DNA of 64,000 nucleotides from Candidatus Omnitrophota bacterium (GCA_043814605.1 JBDRJV010000007.1:67354-131353), one strand, 5' to 3'. Positions 1 through 10,297 are shown, counted from the first letter of the stretch. The notes: generated by a model from the sequence alone, not told the origin. Program-made: numbers and translations.

Positions 1-11
1 GAAGAAGTTTT

Positions 12-515
12 ATGTTTAAAATCAGATTTAAATCAATAAGATTTATAATCATTTCCTTTTTTACTTTAATTTTTCAAAGCTCATTAGCGGCAATCTTTTC
101 TTTTAAGGGTATTAAGCCGGATCTGATTTTGCTGCTGGTTATTTTTTACAGCTTGTATAACGGGTATTATGCCGGGATGTACTACGGTATAATTTTAGGA
201 TTTTTAGTAGATTGTTTAAGCAGTGGAATCTTAGGGATTAATTCTTTGACTTTCGGAATAGTAGGATTAAGCTGTGGATTATTAAAAGAAAGGGTTTACA
301 CAACTGTGCTGTTGACCAAAGTTTTAGTGGCTTTTACAGCGGGCATTTACGCGATTTTAATTTACTATTTTCTCGCCAGCAATTTTTATATCTTACCGGT
401 TTTTAGGGAAAATTTTGCTTTTATATTTTTAGCTTTAATTTATACTACGTTAACCAATATTATTTTTTTCCGGTTTTTAGAAAAAATAGTTATTATCAAA
501 CAAATGACATTATAA
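12..515 (+). CDS. mreD: rod shape-determining protein MreD (polytopic membrane protein)
   Basis: 167-aa hydrophobic multi-TM ORF immediately upstream of PBP2 and RodA in the conserved mreD-mrdA-rodA order; stop overlaps the PBP2 start (TAATG at 513-517). Confidence 0.6.
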   Translation: MFKIRFKSIRFIIISFFTLIFQSSLAAIFSFKGIKPDLILLLVIFYSLYNGYYAGMYYGIILGFLVDCLSSGILGINSLTFGIVGLSCGLLKERVYTTVLLTKVLVAFTAGIYAILIYYFLASNFYILPVFRENFAFIFLALIYTTLTNIIFFRFLEKIVIIKQMTL

Positions 516-2212
516 TGAGAATAGCAATTCTGCGGGGATTTTTAGTAATTTTATTTATAATTTTATTCACCGATCTTTTTTTGATGCAATTAATTAAAGG
601 CCGTGAATATGCAAAACAAAGTGAAAATAACCGGATTCGTCTGGTGCCGGAGGATGCTTCCCGAGGAATTATTTATGATCGAAATAATATTGCCTTGGTT
701 GAGAATAAACTGGCTTTTGATATTGTGGCTGTACCTTATGAAATTGAATCAAAAAACAAAAAAACGCTGTTTGCCCGCCTGAGTAAGTTTTTAAATATTA
801 ACCCGGAAGTTTTAGCCGATACTTTTAGCTGTAATTATAACCAAAGCTTTTCCCCGGTTATGCTCGCGAGTGATGTTAATCGTGAAATTGCTTTTTCCAT
901 TGAGCAGAATATTACTCAGCTTGCCGGAATTTTTGTAAAAACCCGTGCGGTACGAGAGTATATTTACGGGCCGGTCTGTGCGCATATTATCGGATATATC
1001 GGGAAAATGCAAGAGGATGAATATCCGGAACTAAGGAAATATGGATATCAAATAAAAGATTTTATTGGGCGTAACGGTCTGGAAAAATCTTTTGATGCTT
1101 ACCTGCGCGGTAAACCCGGCGGTATGCAGCTGGAGGTAAATAGTGAAGGTTCAATTATTCAAGTTCTCAGTTATCGGCCGCCTGCTAAGGGTGAAGATTT
1201 ATACTTAACAATAGATGTAGAATTACAAACTTTAATTTATAATTTGCTATCCGGGACAAATTCTGCGGTTACGGTTATGAATGCCGATACGGGTGAGATT
1301 CTGGCTTTATTGAGCAGTCCTTCCTTTGATCCGAATATTCTTATTGACAAAAAAAAGTATAATCAGATCGGTGAAATTTTAAAAGATCAGAATTCGCCTT
1401 TATTAAACAGGAATCTTAATGCTTATCCACCGGGCTCAATCTTTAAAATTGTTACTGCCTATGCCGGATTAAGTAAAGGGAAAATTGATTTAACTTCTGA
1501 GTTTTTTTGTCCGGGATTTTTAAATCTCGGGAATACGACTCGGCATTGTTGGCTAAAAAAAGGGCATGGCCAAGTAAATATTACGCATGCGCTGGCCACA
1601 TCATGCAATGTATTTTTTTGGGAACTGGGTTTAAAAATCGGAGAGAAAAATTTAGCGGATAGTGCGCAAATTTTTGGCTTTAGTAAACAGACAAAAGTTG
1701 AATTGCCTTCTGAAAATACGGGTCTATTGCCTCAGGCGCGCTGGAAAATGCAGACAAAACATGAAAAGTGGTATGCCGGGGATACCTTAAATTTTTCTAT
1801 CGGACAGGGCTTTTTATTGGTGACTCCTTTGCAAACAGCCAAAATGGTCGCCATGATTGCCAACGGAGGAAAAGAAATAAAACCGCATTTGATTAAAACA
1901 ACAAATAAAGTTAACAAAAGCAAGCAGATCCTTTCTCCCAGTGCGGTGACGATTATTAAAAAAGGGATGTTTGAGGTGGTTAATTCTAGCTTTGGCACAG
2001 GCAGAAAAGCTGCATTAAGTAATATAAAAGTGTATGCTAAGACCGGGACAGCTCAAACCGGGCAGGGTGAAACTCATGCCTGGTTTGTGGGTTTTGCGCA
2101 AGCGGGTAATAAAAATATTTGCTTTGTAATTTTTTTAGAGCATGGGGGCCATGGAGGAGAAAGACCAGCGGAAATTGCCAAAGAAATTATTTTATATTTT
2201 AAAAAGGATTAG
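515..2212 (+). CDS. mrdA: penicillin-binding protein 2 (peptidoglycan D,D-transpeptidase)
   Basis: N-terminal TM anchor; transpeptidase motifs SxxK (PGSIFKIV), SxN (SCN) and KTG (KTGTA) in the correct order; sits between mreD and rodA. Confidence 0.88.
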   Translation: MRIAILRGFLVILFIILFTDLFLMQLIKGREYAKQSENNRIRLVPEDASRGIIYDRNNIALVENKLAFDIVAVPYEIESKNKKTLFARLSKFLNINPEVLADTFSCNYNQSFSPVMLASDVNREIAFSIEQNITQLAGIFVKTRAVREYIYGPVCAHIIGYIGKMQEDEYPELRKYGYQIKDFIGRNGLEKSFDAYLRGKPGGMQLEVNSEGSIIQVLSYRPPAKGEDLYLTIDVELQTLIYNLLSGTNSAVTVMNADTGEILALLSSPSFDPNILIDKKKYNQIGEILKDQNSPLLNRNLNAYPPGSIFKIVTAYAGLSKGKIDLTSEFFCPGFLNLGNTTRHCWLKKGHGQVNITHALATSCNVFFWELGLKIGEKNLADSAQIFGFSKQTKVELPSENTGLLPQARWKMQTKHEKWYAGDTLNFSIGQGFLLVTPLQTAKMVAMIANGGKEIKPHLIKTTNKVNKSKQILSPSAVTIIKKGMFEVVNSSFGTGRKAALSNIKVYAKTGTAQTGQGETHAWFVGFAQAGNKNICFVIFLEHGGHGGERPAEIAKEIILYFKKD

Positions 2213-2227
2213 TTTAAGAAAATTGAT

Positions 2228-3334
2228 GTGACTAAAATGCTAAATCAAAAGTTGTTCCATAATTATGACCGTGTTTTAATTGTTATTGTATTATGCATAA
2301 TGATTATTGGTCTAGTGGCTCTGTATAGTGCCTCTTATCAAAAACAAATTTTTACCGGAAAAAATTTTGTTTTCACCCAAATACTGTGGATATTTTTCGG
2401 AGCCGGCCTGGTTTTACTAATTGCCAATACAAATTATCATTCTTTCATCAGTGTTGCGTATATAATTTACGGGATCCAAATTTTTTTCTTATTACTTGTA
2501 TTGTCTGTGGGAAAAACTGCTTTAGGTGCGCAGCGTTGGATTAACATTGGCGGAATAGGGTTCCAGCCTTCGGAGTTTTCAAAAATTTTTACGATTATTG
2601 CCTTAGCCCGGATTATTGGGGATAATCCTAATTGTTTGAAATCGACCAGAGGCCTGCTTGGTCCCATTTTAATTACATTTATTCCCATGCTTTTAATATT
2701 TAAACAACCGGATTTAGGTACCGCAATTGTTTTTTTACCGATTTTTATGGCAATAGTTTTAATCGGCGGAATAAAGTTAAAGTATTTTATAATCGCAATG
2801 TGTTCCGGCCTTTTCAGCCTGCCTTTTTTTTGGCATTTTTTAAAAGATTATCAAAAAGACAGGCTGATGGTTTTTATTAATCCTAATGTTGATCCTTTAG
2901 GTGCTGGCTATACTATTAACCAATCAAAAATTGCGATTGGTTCCGGGGGGTTTTGGGGTAAAGGGTGGTTAGCGGGAACACAGAATCAGCTCAATTTTTT
3001 ACCAGAACGCCACACAGATTTTATTTTTTCTGTAGTTGGAGAAGAATGGGGTCTTTTGGGTGCGGCTTTAATTATTTTTTTATTTTTATTACTGGTATTA
3101 AGGGCTTTAAAAATTGCGGAGTCAACAAATGAAGTCAGTGGTAAATTAATTGCGGTAGGAATAACGACAATGCTGGCTTTGCATGTTATAATAAATATCG
3201 GCATGACGCTTGGGCTAATGCCGATTGTGGGAATGCCGCTGCCCTTTATCAGCTACGGGGGTTCGGCAATAATTTCCAATTTGATTGCAATTGGATTTTT
3301 ATTAAGTATTTATCGGCATCGAGCTATTTTTTAA
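2228..3334 (+). CDS. rodA: peptidoglycan glycosyltransferase RodA (FtsW/RodA/SpoVE family)
   Basis: 368-aa polytopic membrane protein with the SEDS family C-terminal signature (GMPLPFISYGGSA); directly downstream of PBP2. Confidence 0.88.
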   Translation: MTKMLNQKLFHNYDRVLIVIVLCIMIIGLVALYSASYQKQIFTGKNFVFTQILWIFFGAGLVLLIANTNYHSFISVAYIIYGIQIFFLLLVLSVGKTALGAQRWINIGGIGFQPSEFSKIFTIIALARIIGDNPNCLKSTRGLLGPILITFIPMLLIFKQPDLGTAIVFLPIFMAIVLIGGIKLKYFIIAMCSGLFSLPFFWHFLKDYQKDRLMVFINPNVDPLGAGYTINQSKIAIGSGGFWGKGWLAGTQNQLNFLPERHTDFIFSVVGEEWGLLGAALIIFLFLLLVLRALKIAESTNEVSGKLIAVGITTMLALHVIINIGMTLGLMPIVGMPLPFISYGGSAIISNLIAIGFLLSIYRHRAIF

Positions 3335-3378
3335 ATATAAAATTTAACCTAAAAAATTATAAAGATAGGGAGGTAATA

Positions 3379-5838
3379 ATGTCTGGTGAATTAAAAAAAT
3401 GGCAGACTCCGGATAAAGGGTCTAGTGAAGAAAAAGGCATCATTAAAATATTAAAAGCTTTTTCTTCTTGTTTAAGAAAAATACCGTTATATCCCGCAAC
3501 GCACCCGATGGTTAAAGATTCAATTTTAGAATTATTTTTAAGTTTGGATGCGTTTTTAAAAAATTACGGAGATTTTAAATTAGAAGTACTCGGCGGTGAT
3601 ATTTTGATTTGTGAGGAGCGGTTGAATGACTTGCAATCTACAGCCCGGGATTTAATTTCTGATTTAAAAAAAATATACGTGGAGGGAATCACAGTATCCG
3701 GGGGGCTGACAGATGTAGAATTGGAAAATTTTTTAAAAATTCTGGCTTTAAAACCAGAAATTATGAAAGAAAAAGGCGGCATGAATTTTTTGATTAATGC
3801 GGCACAAATTAAAAATATTAATTTAATTGAAGTGCACTATGCCCGGATTAAAGAAGGGGAAGAAGTTACGGAAAAAGGCCAAGACAGCGGGGTGGGTTCA
3901 GGATCAGAGGAAGGAACAGGAGCAGGTGCTGTGGAGAAAGGTAAGGAAAAAGATATTGTCGGCATGGTCAGTGAATTCTTAAGTGGCAGCTCAGAAGAAG
4001 TTCCGGATAAAGAAGCAATTAAGTATGAATTTAAAAAGCATTCCCGCACTATTGTAAAGCAATTACTAAAATTAGTGGGGCCGGAAAAAGCAGTGGAGGA
4101 GGTTTTAAACATCATTGAAGAACGTTTTGATAAAGCGGGTTTTAGTGAAGAGGAGAAAAAGATTTATGTTCAAAAAGTAAAAGAACATACTTTGACAATA
4201 AAGGCACCTAAAGTTTCTAAAAAAGATATGGAAAAACAATTAGCCGAGCTAATGCAGGAAAATAAAAAGCTTAAATCTCAAATGAAGAGCTCCGGAGCAG
4301 GTGTTAGTGTACAAAACCCGGGGGCGGAGGTGATGGCCGAGAGTACCGATTCGATGAAAAAGAAGGTTCCTGAAAAAGATATTGTGGGTATGGTCAGTGA
4401 TTTTTTTTCGGGTGATTTAGATAAAATGCCGGATAAAGAAACAATTCAGTATGAGTTTAGAAAAAACGCCCCAAAAGTTGTAAAGCAGTTATTAAAATTA
4501 ATCGGGCCGGAAAAGGCAGTGGATGAGGTTTTGCATATTATTGAGGAGAGATTTGATAAAGCGGGGTTTAGTATAGAAGAAAAAGAGGCATATGTATCTC
4601 AGATTAAAGAACACACAATTAGAATCAATGCTCCCATGGTGCTGCAGGCGGAATTAGAAGGAAAGATAACTGTTTTAGAACAGGAAAACAGGGAGTTAAA
4701 AAATAATTTAAAAGATTTAGAATCAACCACCCGTCACGCAGCCGAAACGACCCAGGTTTTAGAGCAGGAAAATAAAAAAATTAAAAAAGAAAAACAAAGG
4801 ATAAATTCTGTATTAAGACATGTTGCCGAAGGGTTGGTGATTGTGGACAATGAAGGAAAAGTTCTTGTTTTAAACCCCGCAGCAGAAGATTTACTGGAAG
4901 TGGACAAAGAGGATAAAATTGGTAAACATATTTTAGAAGGATTAAAAGATAGCCAAATGGTTAGCATGTCTCGCGATAAACAGCAAGAAATAGAAATTGA
5001 ATTAGCCGGCCCCGATGATAAGACCAAGAAAACTTTAAGGGCCTCTAATGCGGTGATTGAAAATGAAGAAGGTGAAACAGTAGGAATTGTTTCTGTTCTG
5101 AGTGATATTACCAAAGAAAAAGAATTAGACCGCATGAAAAGCACATTTGTTTCGAATGTAACACATGATTTAAGAGCGCCTTTAATTTCAATTCAAAAGA
5201 GCTTATCCATAATTTTAGAAGAAGCGAAAAATAATATCCCCGCAGAGCAAAGGCAGTTTCTTGAAATTGCCAGCAATAATGCAGCCAGATTAACCACTAT
5301 GGTTAATGATTTATTAGATATCAGTAAACTTGAGTCCGGACACATGAAGCCAAGTTATACGCATGGAAAAATTGATGATGTGATCCAGGGAGTTTTTAAT
5401 ATGCTCGGAGCTTGGGCTGGAGGCAGAAATATTGAGCTTAAAAAAGAAGGGGTTGATTCTCTGGAAATAGATGCTGATATGAAAATGCTGGAGCAAGCTT
5501 TGTCAAATTTAGTGGGGAATGCGATTAAATTTACTCCGGATAAAGGCTGTGTCAGTGTTTGTGTGGAGGATCAAGGGCAAACACTAAAAATTAGTGTTAA
5601 GGATACAGGTTGCGGTATTCCGGAAGATAGTTTAACGCGAATTTTTGATAAATTTGAACAAGCGAAAACTGTGCCTGCCGCCGGCGGGACAAAAGGTACC
5701 GGCTTGGGGCTGGCGATTGTAAAAGATATTATTGAATTACACAGCGGACATATTTGGGTTGAAAGCGAAATTGGCCGGGGTAGTTGCTTCATTTTTACAA
5801 TGCCTAAAGAAAAAGAGGTTCTGGATATCCGTGATTAA
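3379..5838 (+). CDS. cytoplasmic sensor histidine kinase (unknown N-terminal domain, internal duplicated module, coiled coil, PAS, HisKA, HATPase_c)
   Basis: No TM segments; PAS-like segment (RHVAEGLVIVDNEGKVLVLNPAAEDLL); H-box HDLRAPL; G2 box GTGLGLAIVK; an ~85-aa segment is repeated twice. Confidence 0.85.
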   Translation: MSGELKKWQTPDKGSSEEKGIIKILKAFSSCLRKIPLYPATHPMVKDSILELFLSLDAFLKNYGDFKLEVLGGDILICEERLNDLQSTARDLISDLKKIYVEGITVSGGLTDVELENFLKILALKPEIMKEKGGMNFLINAAQIKNINLIEVHYARIKEGEEVTEKGQDSGVGSGSEEGTGAGAVEKGKEKDIVGMVSEFLSGSSEEVPDKEAIKYEFKKHSRTIVKQLLKLVGPEKAVEEVLNIIEERFDKAGFSEEEKKIYVQKVKEHTLTIKAPKVSKKDMEKQLAELMQENKKLKSQMKSSGAGVSVQNPGAEVMAESTDSMKKKVPEKDIVGMVSDFFSGDLDKMPDKETIQYEFRKNAPKVVKQLLKLIGPEKAVDEVLHIIEERFDKAGFSIEEKEAYVSQIKEHTIRINAPMVLQAELEGKITVLEQENRELKNNLKDLESTTRHAAETTQVLEQENKKIKKEKQRINSVLRHVAEGLVIVDNEGKVLVLNPAAEDLLEVDKEDKIGKHILEGLKDSQMVSMSRDKQQEIEIELAGPDDKTKKTLRASNAVIENEEGETVGIVSVLSDITKEKELDRMKSTFVSNVTHDLRAPLISIQKSLSIILEEAKNNIPAEQRQFLEIASNNAARLTTMVNDLLDISKLESGHMKPSYTHGKIDDVIQGVFNMLGAWAGGRNIELKKEGVDSLEIDADMKMLEQALSNLVGNAIKFTPDKGCVSVCVEDQGQTLKISVKDTGCGIPEDSLTRIFDKFEQAKTVPAAGGTKGTGLGLAIVKDIIELHSGHIWVESEIGRGSCFIFTMPKEKEVLDIRD
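3940..4630 (+). repeat. intragenic tandem duplication (~250-nt module twice) inside the histidine kinase gene
   Basis: Two copies of an ~85-aa module (KDIVGMVSEF/DF...PDKE.I.YEF.K....VKQLLKL.GPEKAV.EVL.IIEERFDKAGFS.EEK..YV...KEHT) at ~3946-4210 and ~4375-4635; the copies are also recognisably similar at DNA level. Confidence 0.7.
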
Positions 5839-7630
5839 GGATCAAAATTTTAATACACCGGTTGAGCTTGATGAAATATTATTAAATGTCAGAAAACCTG
5901 CACGTTATATAGGGCAAGAATATAATGCGGTTTATAAAAAACTGAGTTACAAAAATATTAATTTTGCCCTATGCTTTCCGGATAGTTATGAAATTGGTAT
6001 GAGCCATCTGGGTTTAAAAATTCTTTATAATATTTTGAATAAGCAAGAAGATGTTTATGCGCAGCGTTGTTTTTCGCCCTGGCCGGATATGCAGTTGCAA
6101 ATGCAAAAGCAGAACATTAAATTGTTTAGTTTAGAAACACAAACCCCTTTAAATTATTTTGATATAATCGGTTTTTCCCTGCAATATGAACTCGGGTTTA
6201 CCAATGTTTTAGGAATGCTGGATTTAGCGGGTATGGCTTTACACAGCGAGCAAAGAAAAACAGGCCCCTTGGTAATTGCCGGCGGGCCTTGCTGTTTAAA
6301 TCCGGAACCGATGTATAAGTTTATTGATGCTTTTTTTATCGGAGAATCGGAAGAATTGATATTGGAGTTCTTGAATGTATATCGGCAATTCAAAAAAAAA
6401 TTTCTAAATTTTGATAAAAATAATCAGGATGAATTAACCGCACTTAAAATTGAACTTCTGGAACGCATTGCCAGAATCGAAGGTATTTATGTCCCGCGTT
6501 TTTATACGCAGGATTTTAATCATTCATTGGATTTGATCCCGCAAAAATCTTATCTGCCGAAAAAAATTAAAAGAAGGTTTGTCTCGGATCTAAATAATGC
6601 TGAGTATTTTGAAGCGCCTTGCGTCCCTTATGTTGACATTGTGCATGATCGAATCAGTTTAGAAATTATGCGGGGTTGTCCTAACCGTTGTTATTTTTGC
6701 CAGGCAGGATTTACGATTAATCCCCTGCGTATGCGTAGTGTGGAGAACTTAATATCTATGGCCCGTAAAATATATGCAAATACAGGTTATGATAATATAT
6801 CTTTTTGTTCTCTTTCCAGTGCGAATTATCCTCAGCTTAAAAAATTAATTTTAAAAGTGCATGATTTTTTTAAAGAAAAAGGACTGGGGATTTCTTTGCC
6901 TTCATTACGTGTAGATAAAGAATTTTTGAGTGTAATTTCTTTGATTTCTGATCTTAAAAAAACCGGTCTAACGTTTGCCCCTGAGGCAGGCAGTGGGCGT
7001 TTGCGTAAATTGATTAATAAAAATTTAGATATGGAAAAACTTAGCGAAACAATTTTAACTGCCTATCAAACGGGTTGGCGCAGGTTAAAATTATATTTTA
7101 TGATCGGCTTGCCGACTGAGACAGAAACTGATCTTTTAGGAATTGTCCAGATGATTAATGAATATTCAGAATTAAAAAAACAAGTAGATGGCCGGCCGGC
7201 TCGCGTAAGCGTAGGGATTTCTAATTTTATTCCTAAAGCCCATACCCCATTTCAATGGCTGGGGATGGAAAGAAGAGATCAATTAGGAGTTAAACAAAAA
7301 TTTTTACGCGATCGTTTACTAAAAAGAATATTAGATGTGGATTTCCATGATATAGATATGAGTTTTATTGAGGCATGTTTAGCACGGGGCGATAGGAGCA
7401 TGGCTGCGGTAATTGAAAAAGCTTATTTTCTGGGAGCCAGATTTGATGCCTGGACAAATTTTTTTAATTATAATATATGGCAGGAGGCGTTTGAGAAAAC
7501 CGGGTTAAAGGCAGAGCATTATGTGAATGAAGGCTATGCGCTGGATTGTGTTTTACCTTGGGATCATATTGATTGTTTGATTAAAAAAAATGAACTTAAA
7601 CAATATTACACTAATATTAGCACAGTTTAA
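5831..7630 (+). CDS. B12-binding-domain radical SAM protein (TIGR03960-like; function unknown)
   Basis: CxxxCxxC radical SAM motif (CPNRCYFCQAG); N-terminal B12-binding-like region. The ORF track starts at 5732 and overlaps the kinase, so an in-frame GTG at 5831 overlapping the kinase stop is the more plausible start (start uncertain). Confidence 0.75.
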   Translation: MIKDQNFNTPVELDEILLNVRKPARYIGQEYNAVYKKLSYKNINFALCFPDSYEIGMSHLGLKILYNILNKQEDVYAQRCFSPWPDMQLQMQKQNIKLFSLETQTPLNYFDIIGFSLQYELGFTNVLGMLDLAGMALHSEQRKTGPLVIAGGPCCLNPEPMYKFIDAFFIGESEELILEFLNVYRQFKKKFLNFDKNNQDELTALKIELLERIARIEGIYVPRFYTQDFNHSLDLIPQKSYLPKKIKRRFVSDLNNAEYFEAPCVPYVDIVHDRISLEIMRGCPNRCYFCQAGFTINPLRMRSVENLISMARKIYANTGYDNISFCSLSSANYPQLKKLILKVHDFFKEKGLGISLPSLRVDKEFLSVISLISDLKKTGLTFAPEAGSGRLRKLINKNLDMEKLSETILTAYQTGWRRLKLYFMIGLPTETETDLLGIVQMINEYSELKKQVDGRPARVSVGISNFIPKAHTPFQWLGMERRDQLGVKQKFLRDRLLKRILDVDFHDIDMSFIEACLARGDRSMAAVIEKAYFLGARFDAWTNFFNYNIWQEAFEKTGLKAEHYVNEGYALDCVLPWDHIDCLIKKNELKQYYTNISTV

Positions 7631-7665
7631 ACGCGTATGATTATCCGGTAACCTGTTTTAACTGA

Positions 7666-7694
7666 TTGACTTAATTTTAGTTATATGATATAGT
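7666..7694 (+). promoter_or_regulatory. sigma70-like promoter candidate upstream of pilT1 (TTGACT-17 nt-TATAGT)
   Basis: TTGACT at 7666-7671, 17-nt spacer, TATAGT at 7689-7694, ~35 nt upstream of the pilT1 ATG. Confidence 0.4.
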
Positions 7695-7728
7695 TTTTTC
7701 AACATATCAATTAAAAGGAATTAATAAT

Positions 7729-8802
7729 ATGCCGCTAAAATTGAATAATTTATTGAAAATCATGCTCGATAGAGGGGCTTCTGATTTACATATCCATGCT
7801 TATGCTATTCCGCAAATCCGAATAAACTCACAGCTTGTTGCGCTGGATTATCCAGAGTTTACTCCGGAGCAAAGCAAAGATATTGTTTATCCGTACTTAG
7901 CAGAAGATGAAATTAAAGATTTTGAAAAGGATAAAGAACTAGATACTTCCTTTAGCGATGCCGAACTTTCGGCACGCTTTAGAATGAATGTTTTTTATCA
8001 TAAAGGTGGGGTTTGTGCGGCAATCCGGGCAATCCCAAAAAAAATTCCTGATTTTAGTGAATTAGGGTTGCCGGAGCAGCAAATGGTTCAGATTTGCCGC
8101 AGTAAAAGAGGACTGGTCTTAATGACCGGAGCCACAGGCTCAGGTAAGTCCACAACTTTAGCGTCAATAATCAACCGCATAAATGCAGAGCGTAATTGCC
8201 ATATAATTACGGTTGAAGATCCTGTGGAATTTATTTATACTAATAATAAAAGTATTATTACGCAGCGGGAAATTGGCAAAGATACAAATTCTTTTTCCGG
8301 GGCTTTAAAATATATTCTCCGGCAGGACCCGGATGTGATTTTAATTGGAGAGATGAGAGATTTAGAAACAGTGCAAGCGGCAATGAATATGGCGGAAACC
8401 GGGCATTTAGTTTTTGCCACGCTGCATACATCTGATTGTGTTCAAACGATCAACAGAATTATTGATATGTTTCCCTATCAATCACAATCTCAAGCCCGGA
8501 CACAATTATCCTATGTTTTATTATCAACTATTTCGCAGCAGCTTTTAGCTAAATCGGATAATTCCGGTTTATGTTTAGCCAGTGAATTAATGATTGCGAC
8601 TTTCGGGGTACGGGCAATGATTCGGGAAGAAAAGGTACATCAGATATTTTCTCTGATTCAAACCGGATTGAAAGAAGGGATGTATACAATGAATCATTCG
8701 CTTTATGAATTATACAAAAAGGGGTTAATTACTTATCAGGAGGCATCCGCCCACATAACTGATACTCAGGATTTCAAGAGATTTTTTCAAGGTCCAAGAT
8801 AA
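7729..8802 (+). CDS. pilT: type IV pilus retraction ATPase PilT (paralog 1)
   Basis: 357 aa; Walker A GATGSGKSTT; PilT/PilU-family layout without the GspE N-domain or Zn tetracysteine motif. Confidence 0.85.
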   Translation: MPLKLNNLLKIMLDRGASDLHIHAYAIPQIRINSQLVALDYPEFTPEQSKDIVYPYLAEDEIKDFEKDKELDTSFSDAELSARFRMNVFYHKGGVCAAIRAIPKKIPDFSELGLPEQQMVQICRSKRGLVLMTGATGSGKSTTLASIINRINAERNCHIITVEDPVEFIYTNNKSIITQREIGKDTNSFSGALKYILRQDPDVILIGEMRDLETVQAAMNMAETGHLVFATLHTSDCVQTINRIIDMFPYQSQSQARTQLSYVLLSTISQQLLAKSDNSGLCLASELMIATFGVRAMIREEKVHQIFSLIQTGLKEGMYTMNHSLYELYKKGLITYQEASAHITDTQDFKRFFQGPR

Positions 8803-8823
8803 TTTTTTTAAGGATGGTGAAGT

Positions 8824-9231
8824 ATGGAAGAAAAAATTAAAGTATTACTCGTTGATGACGAAGTAGATTTTATTAATATGATGCAGTATTGGCTTAAAAG
8901 TAAGGGGTTTGAAGCAGACTGTCTTTATCAAGGAGATAGCGTAATTGAACAATTAAAGGCAAAAAGCTACAGTATTATGTTTCTGGATTTAAACCTTCCG
9001 GGTTTAAGCGGTATTGAAATATTAACGCGATTAAGGGAGTTTGATAAAACTTTTCCCGTAATAATTTTTAGTGCATTTGGGACAAAAGAAAACTTAAAAC
9101 AAGCTACAAGTTTAGGGATTTCCGGGTTTTTTGCTAAAGAAAGAGGGTTTGAAGAAGCCGCCAGATTAATTCAAACAGCATTAAGAACCCATAAAGGGTT
9201 AACCCATCCAAAAGAAAAAGGGGATAAATAA
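8824..9231 (+). CDS. single-domain CheY-like response regulator (PilH/PilG-like) between the two pilT genes
   Basis: 135 aa; receiver motifs LLVDDE and FLDLNLPG (phospho-acceptor Asp) plus a conserved Lys region; no output domain. Confidence 0.8.
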   Translation: MEEKIKVLLVDDEVDFINMMQYWLKSKGFEADCLYQGDSVIEQLKAKSYSIMFLDLNLPGLSGIEILTRLREFDKTFPVIIFSAFGTKENLKQATSLGISGFFAKERGFEEAARLIQTALRTHKGLTHPKEKGDK

Positions 9232-9232
9232 A

Positions 9233-10297
9233 ATGGCTTTAGAAATGTCAAAATTATTAAAGAATTTAACGGAACGCAGTGGTTCAGATTTACATCTAGG
9301 CGTAAATACTCCGCCGCATTTTCGTATACATGAGAAAATGATTCCGCTGGATTCAAAGGCTTTATCCGCGGCAGAAGTGCGTGATTTAGTTTACAGTATT
9401 TTAAACCCCAGGGATATCGAAAAGTTTGAAAAAGAAAAGGAACTGGACCGATCTTTTGAAATTGAAGGGATGAGCCGGTTTCGTTTAAACGTTTTTTTTC
9501 AAAGAGGATATATCGGATGTGCAATTAGGGTGATCCCGTTTAAAATTCTTACGTTTTCAGAATGCGGTTTGCCGGAGAAAACAATAATTAATTTAGTCAG
9601 AAAGCCCAAAGGTTTAGTTTTGGTAACCGGCGCTACCGGTTCTGGTAAGTCAACAACTTTAGCTTCAATTATTGATCAGATCAATGAAGAAAGGGATTGT
9701 CATATTGTTACTGTGGAAGATCCGATTGAGTTTGTACACAAAAATAAGCAAGCGGTTATTGATCAAAGGGAAGTTGGGCAGGATACGCTCAGTTTTGCTA
9801 ATGCACTAAAGCATGTTTTGCGCCAGGATCCAGACGTCATCTTAGTTGGGGAAATGCGGGATTTAGAAACAATTGAGGCCGCTTTGACCATTGCCGAAAC
9901 CGGTCATCTTGTCTTTGCTACGCTGCATACTTCAGATTCCGTGCAAACAGTAAATAGAATTATTGATGTTTTTCCTTCGCATCAGCAGCAGCAAGTTAGA
10001 ACTCAGCTGTCTTTTGTGCTGCAGGGGATTATTTCTCAGCAATTAATTCCTAAAGTCGGCGGAACCGGCCGGGTATTAGCTTCAGAAATTATGGTTTCAA
10101 CCGCAGCGGTAAAAAGTATGGTGCGAGAGCAGAAAGTGCATCAGATATATTCTCTGATTCAATCCGGGCAAAAAGACGGAATGAGAACAATGAATCAATC
10201 AATATATGAATTATATGCAGAAAAACTAATCACTTATGAAAGTGCAATTGCGCGGTCAACAGATCCGGAAGATTTAATGCGCTTGTTAAAAAGATAA
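9233..10297 (+). CDS. pilT: type IV pilus retraction ATPase PilT/PilU-family (paralog 2)
   Basis: 354 aa; Walker A GATGSGKSTT; ~60% identity by eye to the upstream pilT. Confidence 0.85.
   Translation: MALEMSKLLKNLTERSGSDLHLGVNTPPHFRIHEKMIPLDSKALSAAEVRDLVYSILNPRDIEKFEKEKELDRSFEIEGMSRFRLNVFFQRGYIGCAIRVIPFKILTFSECGLPEKTIINLVRKPKGLVLVTGATGSGKSTTLASIIDQINEERDCHIVTVEDPIEFVHKNKQAVIDQREVGQDTLSFANALKHVLRQDPDVILVGEMRDLETIEAALTIAETGHLVFATLHTSDSVQTVNRIIDVFPSHQQQQVRTQLSFVLQGIISQQLIPKVGGTGRVLASEIMVSTAAVKSMVREQKVHQIYSLIQSGQKDGMRTMNQSIYELYAEKLITYESAIARSTDPEDLMRLLKR

Noticed and set aside
812-1998. Minus-strand ORFs inside mrdA (812..1012, 1732..1998), and similar 60-170-aa antisense ORFs throughout (e.g. 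2467..2688, 3837..4115, 4734..5144, 11614..11970, 13804..14322, 21034..21420, 22373..22708, 42611..43024, 51482..51820, 53707..54042)
   Set aside because: All lie entirely within well-supported plus-strand genes, have no RBS or domain signatures, and show low-complexity S/P/F-rich translations typical of antisense frames in AT-rich DNA.
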